55,770 bases of DNA from Promethearchaeota archaeon (GCA_019057865.1 JAHLWP010000028.1:1-55770), one strand, 5' to 3'; positions 9,334 to 18,637 are shown, counted from the first letter of the stretch. Made by a program: numbers and translations. The notes: a model not told the origin generated them from the letters alone.

Positions 9334-10608
9334 CTATTTTCCAAAAGCTTGTTTAATATGATCCATCCTTTTCTTAGCCTTTTCTAAATTAATTTGGGCT
9401 CTATTTGGAGAATCATTAAGAATAAATGGATAAATCGCCAAAATTTTCCTATCATTATCTTCAAGAGGTTCATTTTTATTTAATTTATCAATTATTAGCA
9501 CAAGTTCATTATAATTTTTAGAAGCTGCATTTTCATATAATTGATTTAACATAAATTCGGAAGTGTTTGATTGTCGGATGTAATCAACAATCTCACTTAC
9601 GTCCGTAATGGTAATTTGTTCATTTTTTTTCTGATTTGGTATTGTTGGAATATTGAGTATTTTTTCTTCTGGGGATTCTATATCCTCCGAAATCTCTGAA
9701 ATTTTAGAGTTGATTGAAGGGATATATTCGCCTGATTCAATTAAATCGATTAAAATGTCTGTTATTTCATTACTAGTTTCATTTAATTCTGAATTTAAAA
9801 AGTGTTTAAAGATTCCAACTTTTAATAACTGATTTATATCTTTTACTTCCCAATTAACTGTATACTTAACTATAGCATTAACATCGAATACAATTTTAGG
9901 ATTTCTTTCCAAAAAATGTCTAAGTATTGTCTCTCTTTCTATTTCATTTAAAAGAGGTATTTTAATAAAAAGGTCAAATGTATTATATAATTGATTTGAA
10001 TTATCGGCTATCTCTTTTAAATCATAATTAATCCAAATTATTAGCAAATTTGAGTTAAGAAAGTTTAAATAACTATCGTTATTTTGCTGGATATCTATAA
10101 ACTTTTGTAATAAACTTTCTCCTTGTAAAATTTTCGTTAACTTCTTTTGTTGATTTATAATTATTAATTTCTTATTATCATTTTTTTCATAATTCGTTTG
10201 ATCAGGTTTATCTTTCTCTGCGTTACCAGTTTCTAATTCTTTTTCTGATTTTGAAGCCATACCAAGGCTTGTTATGATTGAATTAAAGTTGTTTAAAAAT
10301 TTATTTTGAGATTTCATAATCTCTTTATAATCTAACTCGATAAGATCTAAATAATAGTTGCTTGAAATTAACTTAATAAAATCAATTAGGTCTGTTCCTA
10401 GATTTATATTAATTAAAAGTGCTCCTTTTGGTTTAACATATTCCTGTATTACCATATCGTCACTTTTAGTTAACATTACCTTTATATAATTAATAATGTC
10501 ATTATATTTGTCCCGATAAAAGATATTTTCTTTATTAATATCAATTTCTGATGGTGAAATTAATCGAAAGTACTTTAAAAATTCCGGAATCTTACTTAAA
10601 TCATTCAT
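9334..10608 (-). CDS. Degenerate (probably inactive) AAA+ protein of the PAN/CDC48/FtsH clade
   Basis: KPKGALLININLGTDLIDFIKLIS aligns to PKGVLLxGPPGTGKTLLAKAVA without GKT; FDLFIKIPLLNEIERETILRHFL aligns to FDRIIEFPIPDEKAREAIFKIH of the PAN in this window; WEVKDINQLL aligns to ATGADIKAIC. Confidence 0.65.
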   Translation of the reverse strand: MNDLSKIPEFLKYFRLISPSEIDINKENIFYRDKYNDIINYIKVMLTKSDDMVIQEYVKPKGALLININLGTDLIDFIKLISSNYYLDLIELDYKEIMKSQNKFLNNFNSIITSLGMASKSEKELETGNAEKDKPDQTNYEKNDNKKLIIINQQKKLTKILQGESLLQKFIDIQQNNDSYLNFLNSNLLIIWINYDLKEIADNSNQLYNTFDLFIKIPLLNEIERETILRHFLERNPKIVFDVNAIVKYTVNWEVKDINQLLKVGIFKHFLNSELNETSNEITDILIDLIESGEYIPSINSKISEISEDIESPEEKILNIPTIPNQKKNEQITITDVSEIVDYIRQSNTSEFMLNQLYENAASKNYNELVLIIDKLNKNEPLEDNDRKILAIYPFILNDSPNRAQINLEKAKKRMDHIKQAFGK

Positions 10609-10867
10609 GAAAATTTTTCTTATTTATTTTGGCAAATTTATGAATATTATTTACATGGCAATTTACACATATATATTTAGCGATGACTATATTTTCCGAT
10701 AATTGGGATTTCGACAAAAACCATAAAACTTATAAGATTGTATTTTAGAAAAAGAATATCAATAGTTAATTTGAGGATTGAAAGACATATCCATATTACT
10801 CTATGAAAATGAACTCACTAATATTAAAAATTTCTAAACAATAAAAAAAAAATAAAAAGAGATTATA

Positions 10868-11116
10868 TTACTTTTGTTCCCATGGCATACAGAAAAATCC
10901 CTTTTCTAATTCATATTTTGAGAACAACCCACAACCAAAACAGCTACATCCTTTATTTTCTACTTGGTCTTTAGTTTTAGTTGTTTGTCCTCTCGAACAG
11001 AATAAGGCATGTGGCTCAAACTCATTAAGTTGATTTGGTTTGAAAGAAGGACAAGGTCCACAAAATTTTCTGCATTCATTCATTGATTCTTCTGTATCTG
11101 GAACCGGTAATGGCAT
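10868..11116 (-). CDS. Small Cys-rich protein (DUF2769-like)
   Basis: CxxxCxxCPSF...LFCSRG...GCSCFGC...YxL..GFFC pattern; 8 Cys. Confidence 0.75.
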   Translation of the reverse strand: MPLPVPDTEESMNECRKFCGPCPSFKPNQLNEFEPHALFCSRGQTTKTKDQVENKGCSCFGCGLFSKYELEKGFFCMPWEQK

Positions 11117-11239
11117 AATTTTTATCCTTATTTTTTAATAACAATTTTAACTCATAATTTATGATTACGTTCAAAAAAAACTGATTAACTTTTAAATTTA
11201 ATATTTATAGAATATTAGTTCTGAATGAAAACGATCTAA

Positions 11240-11632
11240 TTAATCAAAATCAAATTCTTCACTTAATATCCTTAAATATGATTTTAATTGGTTTTTAACC
11301 AATCCGTAATAAGTGAATTTACCTTTCTTCCATCCCCGAATTAAGTCCACTTTTTCAAGCTCTCTTAAATGATGAGATATTGATGGTTGAGATTTATCTA
11401 ATATGACCTCTAATTCGCAAACGCAACGATCTTTCTCTTTCAAGGCATATAATATTGTTAAACGCTCTTTATTACCTATTGCATTTAAACTAGTCAACAT
11501 AGCATTGAAATTATCATTATAGCTTAAATTATTACCTAAATTTTGCAAACTTTCAAATAATTTCTCACTATCGATGCATTCCTCACAGCTGCATAGCATC
11601 CCTTTAATTTCTGTTTTTCTTTTTTGTTTCAT
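11240..11632 (-). CDS. arsR: ArsR/SmtB transcriptional repressor
   Basis: RLTILYAL...CVCEL...SQPSISHHLREL...GKFTYY; extra N-terminal CSCEEC; divergent from acr3. Confidence 0.93.
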   Translation of the reverse strand: MKQKRKTEIKGMLCSCEECIDSEKLFESLQNLGNNLSYNDNFNAMLTSLNAIGNKERLTILYALKEKDRCVCELEVILDKSQPSISHHLRELEKVDLIRGWKKGKFTYYGLVKNQLKSYLRILSEEFDFD

Positions 11633-11692
11633 AAAAAATCAATTTTATCATTATTATCTTGATAGAAGCCACAAGATTATAAAAGTTTTACC

Positions 11693-11730
11693 CATATCGA
11701 ATTATTTGAATTCAAATCGAAATATTTTTA
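11693..11730. promoter_or_regulatory. Candidate ArsR operator
   Basis: Perfect 14-bp palindrome ATTTGAATTCAAAT (11704-11717) flanked by two ATCGAA half-sites, between divergent arsR and acr3. Confidence 0.5.
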
Positions 11731-11797
11731 TTTGAACAATTCTATTAATAACTCAAGCTTTAACAAAATATTCAACAATTTTTTAAATCAGGTTAAA

Positions 11798-12868
11798 ATG
11801 AGTGAGTTACAAATCGAAAAAGTTATAGAAAGTGAAGTTGAAAAACCTAAAAAAATTAGTATTTTCGAAAAATTATTGCCTCTTTGGGTATTATTATGCA
11901 TAATAGCAGGAATATTATTATCTCAATTAATCCCTCAAATTAGTGAAGGTATTGATGCATTGCAGATTGGTGGAATCTCAATACCAATAGGTATATGCCT
12001 ATTTTTAATGATGTATCCAGCAATGTTAAATATCCAAGCATCTGAACTTAAGAAACTAGGAAAAAATCCTAAACCAATTATCTTAACTTTAGTATCAAAT
12101 TGGCTTATTGCGCCTTTTGTAGGCCTAGCAATGGTAAATCTATTTTTACAAGGAACTAGCAATACAATAAAAGAATTAACAGTGGCTATAATACTTCTAA
12201 GTTCAAGTCCATGCACAGCAATGGTTTTAGTGTGGGGTTGGATGGCTAAAGGAAACCAAGAACAGAATGTAGTGAATACAAGCCTGAATACAATAACGAT
12301 TATCTTTCTATATGTTCCTATGGTTACTTTTTTAACAGGTATTAAAAATATTCAAATCGATTGGATACTTTTATTGATTTCATTAGTATTCTTTATTGGA
12401 CTTCCATTATTCTTAGGCATACTCAGTAAACGATTGGTTATTGCATCTAAAGGAGAAGATTGGTTTAATAATACATATCGTCCTTTCGTTGGGAAAATCT
12501 CGATTATTGCATTGTTAACAACATTAATAGTCCTATTTTCATTAAATGGTGATGTTTTAATAAATAATCCGAATTATTTATTATTAGTTTCAATTCCACT
12601 CTTGGTTGGCTTCGTCATTGTAGTAGGATATAATGTAATTATGACAATAATCTTTAAATTGAAATATAAAGAAGCAGTAATTACAGTTATAATTGGTTCT
12701 TCAAGTCATTTCGAGATAGCAATTGCTACTGCTATAGCTATATATGGAATTGGATCTATTGCCGCTTTAGGTACAACTATGGGGTTATTCTGGGAAGTTC
12801 CAGTGATGCTTTCTATAGTATATTTAGGAAGATATTTAGAAAAAAAAGGTTTTTGGAAAACGAATTAA
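11798..12868 (+). CDS. acr3: Acr3 arsenite efflux permease
   Basis: FEKLLPLWV, MMYPAM, NWLIAP, PCTAMVLVW, SSSHFEIAIATAI, EVPVML; ~10 TM segments. ATG 11798 preferred over TTG 11732. Confidence 0.95.
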   Translation: MSELQIEKVIESEVEKPKKISIFEKLLPLWVLLCIIAGILLSQLIPQISEGIDALQIGGISIPIGICLFLMMYPAMLNIQASELKKLGKNPKPIILTLVSNWLIAPFVGLAMVNLFLQGTSNTIKELTVAIILLSSSPCTAMVLVWGWMAKGNQEQNVVNTSLNTITIIFLYVPMVTFLTGIKNIQIDWILLLISLVFFIGLPLFLGILSKRLVIASKGEDWFNNTYRPFVGKISIIALLTTLIVLFSLNGDVLINNPNYLLLVSIPLLVGFVIVVGYNVIMTIIFKLKYKEAVITVIIGSSSHFEIAIATAIAIYGIGSIAALGTTMGLFWEVPVMLSIVYLGRYLEKKGFWKTN

Positions 12869-12920
12869 AATAGAATTTTTTTATTAATTAAAATTTAAAT
12901 TAGAGATATATCGTGCGCTT

Positions 12921-14579
12921 ATGGCAGTCGTTTATATGCGAAAACTGGAAGAGGAACCCGAATCTTATGATTCTAAATTTACAACCCTTACAAAGGGAGT
13001 AAATCTTGAAGTTCAAGACTGGGTTCTAAATCATGTTAATTCTTCGGAGTCAATATTAGAAATAGGATGTGGTACTGGCTCTCTTGCATCAAAAGTGGCT
13101 TTAAAGGGGAATAATGTTATTGCGATCGATAAAAATTTCCAAATGATTAATTATGCAATGCAGAATTATCCTAATAACATATCCAGTGAGAATCTTTTAT
13201 ATCAAATTGGTTCATTTACTGATTTACCCGTCGAAATATGTTCTCAAGATGTTGTGATAAGTACTTTTATGTTATCTGAACTTCGTCCATTAGAACAGCA
13301 AATCCTTCTTAGAAACATTTGGAGGGTATTAAAACCAAATGGTCACTTAATTTTGGCTGCTGAATTTGTTCCTTCTGGTTTTTGGAAATTAACGTTTAAG
13401 ATTAAAAGGTGGCGGTATAAGAAGAAGTTAAAACGACTCCGTTTAAAGAGTACATTTCTTGTTAAATGGTTTTTTAAATATATAGAACCTATAGGATTTA
13501 AAATCAATTCTCAGAAAAAATGGAAGTATGATTCAATTCAAGCAATAGAACTTAGAAAAGTTAATGATAAAAAAAATAAAGAGCCTGGTTATTATAAACC
13601 TGAAAAAAAAAGATTTAAAGGACTGCTATCGCAATTAAGAATTTATCGTTGTATTTTAACTGGACAAGTTGATCGGGTTCCTATTGAACCTGGAATTTAT
13701 CAATCTGGGAATCCCAATAAAATGTCACCTATAATTGTAACTGCCAATTATGAATATACATATATTAAAGTTATGCGTGATCTTAAAGGGCTCGATGCTT
13801 GGGTATTATGTGTGGATTCAAACGGAATTAATGTATGGTGTGCCGCTCGCGGTAATGATTTTGGTAATAAACAACTTCTTGAGGTAGTAGAAGCAACAGG
13901 GATTAAAAATCTAACTGAGAAAAAAATATTAATACTTCCACAACTCTCGGCTGGAGGAGTTGCAATACCTCAACTTCCAAAAAAGTCTGAGAAATTCCCA
14001 TTTAGAATTAAATATGGCCCTGTTTGGTCAAAATTTATTCCTCAGTTTGTAGAAGATGAGGCAACTCGAAAACCAGAACATATGAAACTAGCAAGATTTA
14101 CGCTATTCCATCGAATTCGTGCCGGAATAACTCACACGACATTTTTATTTCGAAAAATATTTCTCTTACCTTTATTTGCACTAATAATACTATTCTCAGC
14201 TTTAAATTGGTTTTACAAATTATGGTGGATTGGTGAGTTAACTCTCTCGATACTATGCATAAATTTAGTTATAGTACTCTTATTTCCCCTTGCAAGATTC
14301 ACTAGAAGATTTATATTCAAAGGGATTTTTTTTGGGGTAATTAACATTATTCTCTTTGGAAGTTTATCATATTTAATTCATAGCTCGATATACTATATAC
14401 TCTGGCATATATGTTTTTACTTTTGGATTACTTTCTTCTCAACAATGTCATTTAGTGGATACACAATGGCTACAAGCCAAAGAGAAATTCAAGAGGAATA
14501 TCCAATATTTAGTGTAATAAATAAAATTTTGTTTGTTTTAAGTTTGATTTTTCTAACTTTAGGAATTATATTTTATTAA
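12921..14579 (+). CDS. hgcA: Fusion: class I SAM methyltransferase + HgcA-like corrinoid-binding domain + C-terminal TM bundle
   Basis: N-terminal ILEIGCGTG motif I and RVLKPNG; then VPIEPGIY.SGNP...SPIIVTANY, cap helix GINVWCAARG (NVWCAARG at 13830-13853), LILPQLSAGGV, YGPV; about 5 TM helices ending SFSGYTMATS. The symbol denotes homology, not proven Hg methylation. Confidence 0.85.
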   Translation: MAVVYMRKLEEEPESYDSKFTTLTKGVNLEVQDWVLNHVNSSESILEIGCGTGSLASKVALKGNNVIAIDKNFQMINYAMQNYPNNISSENLLYQIGSFTDLPVEICSQDVVISTFMLSELRPLEQQILLRNIWRVLKPNGHLILAAEFVPSGFWKLTFKIKRWRYKKKLKRLRLKSTFLVKWFFKYIEPIGFKINSQKKWKYDSIQAIELRKVNDKKNKEPGYYKPEKKRFKGLLSQLRIYRCILTGQVDRVPIEPGIYQSGNPNKMSPIIVTANYEYTYIKVMRDLKGLDAWVLCVDSNGINVWCAARGNDFGNKQLLEVVEATGIKNLTEKKILILPQLSAGGVAIPQLPKKSEKFPFRIKYGPVWSKFIPQFVEDEATRKPEHMKLARFTLFHRIRAGITHTTFLFRKIFLLPLFALIILFSALNWFYKLWWIGELTLSILCINLVIVLLFPLARFTRRFIFKGIFFGVINIILFGSLSYLIHSSIYYILWHICFYFWITFFSTMSFSGYTMATSQREIQEEYPIFSVINKILFVLSLIFLTLGIIFY

Positions 14580-14628
14580 AAAAACTTTAAAAAAATTGAA
14601 AGGTATAAAAAAATAAAAGGTAAGAAAG

Positions 14629-14994
14629 ATGACAGAAATAAATCTTAAATCATTTAATTTTACTGAAATTGTAAAAGATCTACGGATTTTTATTGATAAA
14701 CAAATCTGTAATGGCTGTGGGCTTTGTGGAGAAATTTGCCCATTTGGTCTTCCTCAAGTCACTGATTCTGGTAAATATGAAATAAGAAATCCTAATTTAT
14801 GTACAGAATGCAGTGCTTGTAAAAGAAATTGCCCAACGCAAGCAATTATATTGAATGAACGAAAGGGTTGTGGTTGCTTATGGGATGCCAGAGGACGAGC
14901 GAAAAGTTCTAAAAAAGGAAATATTAAGGAGAATAGTTGTGCCTGCGGTTCAGACACACAATCAAATTCAAATAATAGTTGTTGTGGAGCATAG
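14629..14994 (+). CDS. hgcB: HgcB-like 2x[4Fe-4S] ferredoxin with Cys-rich tail
   Basis: CNGCGLCGEICP, CTECSACKRNCP (cf. HgcB C[MI]ECGAC), GCGC (cf. GVGC), tail CAC...SCCG; directly after the hgcA-like gene. Confidence 0.8.
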   Translation: MTEINLKSFNFTEIVKDLRIFIDKQICNGCGLCGEICPFGLPQVTDSGKYEIRNPNLCTECSACKRNCPTQAIILNERKGCGCLWDARGRAKSSKKGNIKENSCACGSDTQSNSNNSCCGA

Positions 14995-15030
14995 TATATT
15001 AAAGTTAATTGAAAGATAGAGGTATAAAAT

Positions 15031-15351
15031 ATGAAAAGTGAAGAATTAAAAAGTATACCCATAAAAGATAACAAGAAAACAATAGATTCCAGTAAATTAC
15101 AGGTAGATATATATGTTCCTTTGGATGCATGTGCATGCGAATGGTCTCAGTTTATGAATTTAATATTCAATGCTATTACGCCATATATAAAGCATATCAA
15201 GCACGAAACAAAATCACTAAACTCAGAAGAAGCACAAAATCTTAATCTGCATAGCAATTGTGTAATTGTAGATGGAGAGAAAAGATTTTCTTCATCATTT
15301 ACACTTAAGAAGGAACTACCAAAACTTCTTAAAGCTAGAGGACTTATTTAG
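15031..15351 (+). CDS. Thioredoxin-fold, ArsD-like putative metalloid chaperone
   Basis: VDIYVPLDACAC resembles ArsD IEIFDPAMCC; C-terminal CVIVDGE...KEL; ars-operon context. Confidence 0.55.
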   Translation: MKSEELKSIPIKDNKKTIDSSKLQVDIYVPLDACACEWSQFMNLIFNAITPYIKHIKHETKSLNSEEAQNLNLHSNCVIVDGEKRFSSSFTLKKELPKLLKARGLI

Positions 15352-15381
15352 AAGGTAATTTTTATTTTTTTATATTATTTA

Positions 15382-15744
15382 TTGGGGGTGATAATAAAAA
15401 TTAAGAAAATTAAGTTAACAATTTTTGCTCCGGATCCTGAAAAGAAGTTATCAAATGGACTTGATTACAACTTAACTATAGATGATAATGGATCAATAAT
15501 TGACGCATTAAGCATTTTAGATAAAATTATTTATGAAAATCCTGAAAAATCTATTTTCCCCATATATAAAGGCTTAATTCACAGTTATCTTCAGTTAATA
15601 TGGGACGCTGAGGAAAATGCTATTTATGACGATTGTGCAGTAAACGCCTATGGCCCAAACAAAGAATTCATACCTTTACACGAAGATATAAATTTTAACT
15701 TATATCCTGATAGTGAAATTACAATAGCTGTTCATGCTGATTGA
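15382..15744 (+). CDS. Hypothetical protein, possible beta-grasp (MoaD/ubiquitin-like) fold lacking C-terminal GG
   Basis: IKLTIF...LTI..NGSIIDAL..L...AVNAY...LYPDSEITI pattern; ends VHAD-TGA-TGA. Confidence 0.55.
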   Translation: MGVIIKIKKIKLTIFAPDPEKKLSNGLDYNLTIDDNGSIIDALSILDKIIYENPEKSIFPIYKGLIHSYLQLIWDAEENAIYDDCAVNAYGPNKEFIPLHEDINFNLYPDSEITIAVHAD

Positions 15745-15941
15745 TGAGCTGATGTTATGAAAGAACGATTAGATTATGGCATATTTAAACGGATTATTAT
15801 GAAAAAATATGGAAAGGATCATGAAACATATGCCCATTATTTTAAAACCAGAAGAAATAATAAATATTTTGAATGATGTCTTTCAAAAAATGATAGTGAA
15901 AGATTGACAATAGGAATGTCTCCTAAATATTTTATATATAT

Positions 15942-16199
15942 ATTAGCAAATATACCTCGAAAGAATTAAAGCAATACATGGGAAAAATACATTTCGGGGT
16001 TGTAATAACTGTATGTGCTAAAGCAGAAGAAAGATGTCCAACGATTCCAGGAATAGGTACCATATTATATTAGCCCTTTGAGGACCCTGCTACTTTTGAG
16101 GGATCTGACGCAAATAAATTAAATAAATTTCGAGAAGTACGATATAAAATTCATGAAAGATTAATTTCTTGGATGAAAGAAAGAAAAATCTTGAAATAA
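15942..16199 (+). pseudogene. arsC: arsC (thioredoxin-dependent arsenate reductase) 3' remnant
   Basis: Manual translation ISKYTSKELKQYMGKIHFGVVITVCAKAEERCPTIPGIGTILY*PFEDPATFEGSDANKLNKFREVRYKI; TAG (16071-16073) at the conserved Trp; the N-terminal CxxNSxRS loop is absent upstream. Confidence 0.85.
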
Positions 16200-16428
16200 T
16201 CACAGTAATTTTTAAATTTATACCCAAATAATCTTCTTAATACATATTTTTTAAATCTAATTCTCTTAACAATGTGAAATTAAATATTTCATTAAGTATA
16301 ATTTAGACTAGAAAAGATTAAATTCTTTGAAAATGAGAGTTTTTCATTTATTAATCGCTTAGATAAGGATATATATATTGATTAACTCTAGAGATATAAT
16401 AATATACTGAAAATATCCTCAAAAAAAT

Positions 16429-17643
16429 ATGCAATCATTACCTGCAGATAAGAAAAAAGAGAAGGACACTAAATCTGGGGAACATTTAATATCCTACACA
16501 CACCATCTGGAAAAACGACTCCGTGCTCTTGAAACTGAGAAACAACTATTAAACACAAAACGTTTAAGTCTAGAAAGAGAATTAAAAAATTTAAGAGAAG
16601 AGATTAATCGATTGAGAGAACCTCCCTTAATCAGGGCTACAATAGTTGATACATTAGATGAAAAAAATGAAAGAGTAATCGTAAAAAGTTCTACTGGACC
16701 AAGTTTTGTAGTAAATACAAATAAGAAGGTTAAATATGAAAAATTATATCCTGGTATGACAGTTGGTTTAAATCAACATTCTTTATCCATTATGGAAATT
16801 TTACCCACTAAACTGGATCCCTTTATCAAAGGAATGGAATTGATTGATACTATTCCTGATATAACTTACAATGACGTTGGAGGTTTGGAAAATCAAATTC
16901 AAGAAGTTAGAGAGATCGTAGAATTACCGTTAAAAAAACCAGAAATATTTAAAAGAATTGGTATTGATCCACCAAAAGGAGTTTTATTTTGTGGTCCTCC
17001 TGGTACTGGTAAAACATTATTGGCAAAAGCAGTGGCTCATGAAACAGAAACTACATTTATAAGGGTGATTGGATCGGAACTAGTTCAAAAATTTATTGGT
17101 GAAGGTGCTCGATATGTAAGAGAAATCTTTAGCTTAGCAAGACAAAAAGCCCCAACTATCTTATTAATTGATGAATTAGATGCTATTGCCGCAGAAAGAA
17201 TGGGAGATGCAACATCAGGAGATAGAGAAGTTCAAAGAACTATGATGCAGTTATTAAATGAGCTAGATGGTTTCGATGAAAGAGGGGATGTAAAGTTTAT
17301 TGGTGTAACAAATAGAGCTGACATTTTAGATCGTGCTTTATTAAGACCTGGTCGATTTGATAGAATAATAGAATTTCCTATTCCTGATGAAAAGGCTAGG
17401 GAAGCAATATTTAAAATTCATATGAGACCGTTAAACATTGATAAAAATATTGATTTAAAGGTATTAGTCAAGATGACACCTCAAGCTACAGGAGCGGATA
17501 TAAAAGCTATTTGTACTGAAGCTGGAATGTTTACAATAAGAAGAGAGGGAGATATTATTACCCGAGAGGATTTCATTAAAGCTGTTAGCAAAATTACGAA
17601 AAAAGAAAAAGAATCTCCTTATTCAACGAACTTTTTTATTTAA
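16429..17643 (+). CDS. pan: Proteasome-activating nucleotidase
   Basis: N-terminal coiled coil ending EPPL, OB domain VKSSTGP, GPPGTGKT, IDELD, ALLRPGRFDR, HbYX-like tail FFI. Confidence 0.95.
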   Translation: MQSLPADKKKEKDTKSGEHLISYTHHLEKRLRALETEKQLLNTKRLSLERELKNLREEINRLREPPLIRATIVDTLDEKNERVIVKSSTGPSFVVNTNKKVKYEKLYPGMTVGLNQHSLSIMEILPTKLDPFIKGMELIDTIPDITYNDVGGLENQIQEVREIVELPLKKPEIFKRIGIDPPKGVLFCGPPGTGKTLLAKAVAHETETTFIRVIGSELVQKFIGEGARYVREIFSLARQKAPTILLIDELDAIAAERMGDATSGDREVQRTMMQLLNELDGFDERGDVKFIGVTNRADILDRALLRPGRFDRIIEFPIPDEKAREAIFKIHMRPLNIDKNIDLKVLVKMTPQATGADIKAICTEAGMFTIRREGDIITREDFIKAVSKITKKEKESPYSTNFFI

Positions 17644-17686
17644 GATTATCATAAATTAAATATTTTAAAAAATTTTTATCCTACAT

Positions 17687-18286
17687 ATGTATAAAAAGGA
17701 TATCACCTCAATTGTAAAAGATTTTGCATATAAAAATTCAGAAAAGGATGATATCCATGGTTATCCGCATGTTATTCGTGTTTATGATTTATGCCTCAAA
17801 ATTGGAAAGGAACTAAGCGCAAATTTACTTGTTTTAAAGTTGGCTGCTCTGTTTCATGATATAGGTAGAGTTGGTGAGCAAAAACCATTTAATAAAAAAA
17901 ATTATGCGGAGATCTCTGCTGAAATTGCTTCAGATTTTCTTTTATCCAAAAATTTTGATATCTCTAACGAAGATATTGAGAATATAATTCACAGTATTAA
18001 AGCTCATTCTTTTTCAAATAAAATAATTCCTAAAACTCTTGAGGCAAAAATATTGTCTGACGCTGACAAATTGGATGCCCTTGGCGCGATTGGAATATAT
18101 CGAACAATTGGTTTTACTGTTAAAAACCATGGCGGGATTGAACAGGTAATTAGCCATATGGAAGAAAAAATATTGGTACTAAAAGATCAATTATTATTAG
18201 ATATTTCAAAAAGAATCGCAAAAGAAAGACAGAAAATCATTTTAGATTTTTATAAAAGAATAAAAAGTGAAAGAGTAGAGTTTTAA
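17687..18286 (+). CDS. HD-domain metal-dependent phosphohydrolase
   Basis: HGYPHVIRV, ALFHDIGR, HSFS, SDADKLDALGAIG. Confidence 0.9.
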   Translation: MYKKDITSIVKDFAYKNSEKDDIHGYPHVIRVYDLCLKIGKELSANLLVLKLAALFHDIGRVGEQKPFNKKNYAEISAEIASDFLLSKNFDISNEDIENIIHSIKAHSFSNKIIPKTLEAKILSDADKLDALGAIGIYRTIGFTVKNHGGIEQVISHMEEKILVLKDQLLLDISKRIAKERQKIILDFYKRIKSERVEF

Positions 18287-18352
18287 AAGGTTAATTAGTA
18301 GAATTAGAAATCTTTCCTCGGATCACCATATAAAAGAATTATATTCCAAGAT

Positions 18353-18629
18353 CTAAAGATGATATTGTGTGATATTTATCTGCGGATAGTTTGTTCTCTG
18401 TTCTACAGTGACAGTCGGACTTAATCCTTCTATAAGATCAAATGGTTTCTCATCATCAAATTTAGGCGGAAACCCAATCGATTGGAGATAACGATTCATT
18501 CCCTTATCAAAGATGATATCAAATGCTAGACTGGATTTTCCGGAGCCTGACACCCCTGTTATAAGGGATGTTCACATTTATATCCTTTAAATTATGAATC
18601 CTTGCTCCAACTACCTTTATCTCGTCCAT
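18353..18629 (-). pseudogene. uvrA: uvrA-like 5' fragment
   Basis: MDEIKVVGARIHNLKDINVNIP, then a short deletion/frameshift, then ITGVSGSGKSSLAFD...IEGLSPTVTVEQ, then truncation. Confidence 0.85.
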
Positions 18630-18637
18630 TAATAAAC

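Noticed and set aside
4650-10608. Wadjet (JetABCD)/MksBEFG defence system
   Set aside because: No Toprim JetD/MksG nuclease; gene order and SMC motifs fit Smc5/6-like better; the kleisin is ScpA-sized.
12921-14579. Annotation as ArsM or as acetyl-CoA synthase corrinoid subunit CdhD/E
   Set aside because: The methyltransferase domain shows no recognisable ArsM-type Cys arrangement; the NVWCA cap helix, TM tail and adjacent HgcB-like gene point to the HgcA family.
15757-15876. 39-aa ORF MKERLDYGIFKRIIMKKYGKDHETYAHYFKTRRNNKYFE
   Set aside because: Too short and without a motif; possibly a gene remnant but not supportable.
16071-16073. In-frame TAG in arsC (and at 19530-19532) as pyrrolysine
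   Set aside because: Both genes are also truncated, and the arsC TAG replaces a conserved Trp codon by one substitution; ordinary nonsense mutations are simpler.
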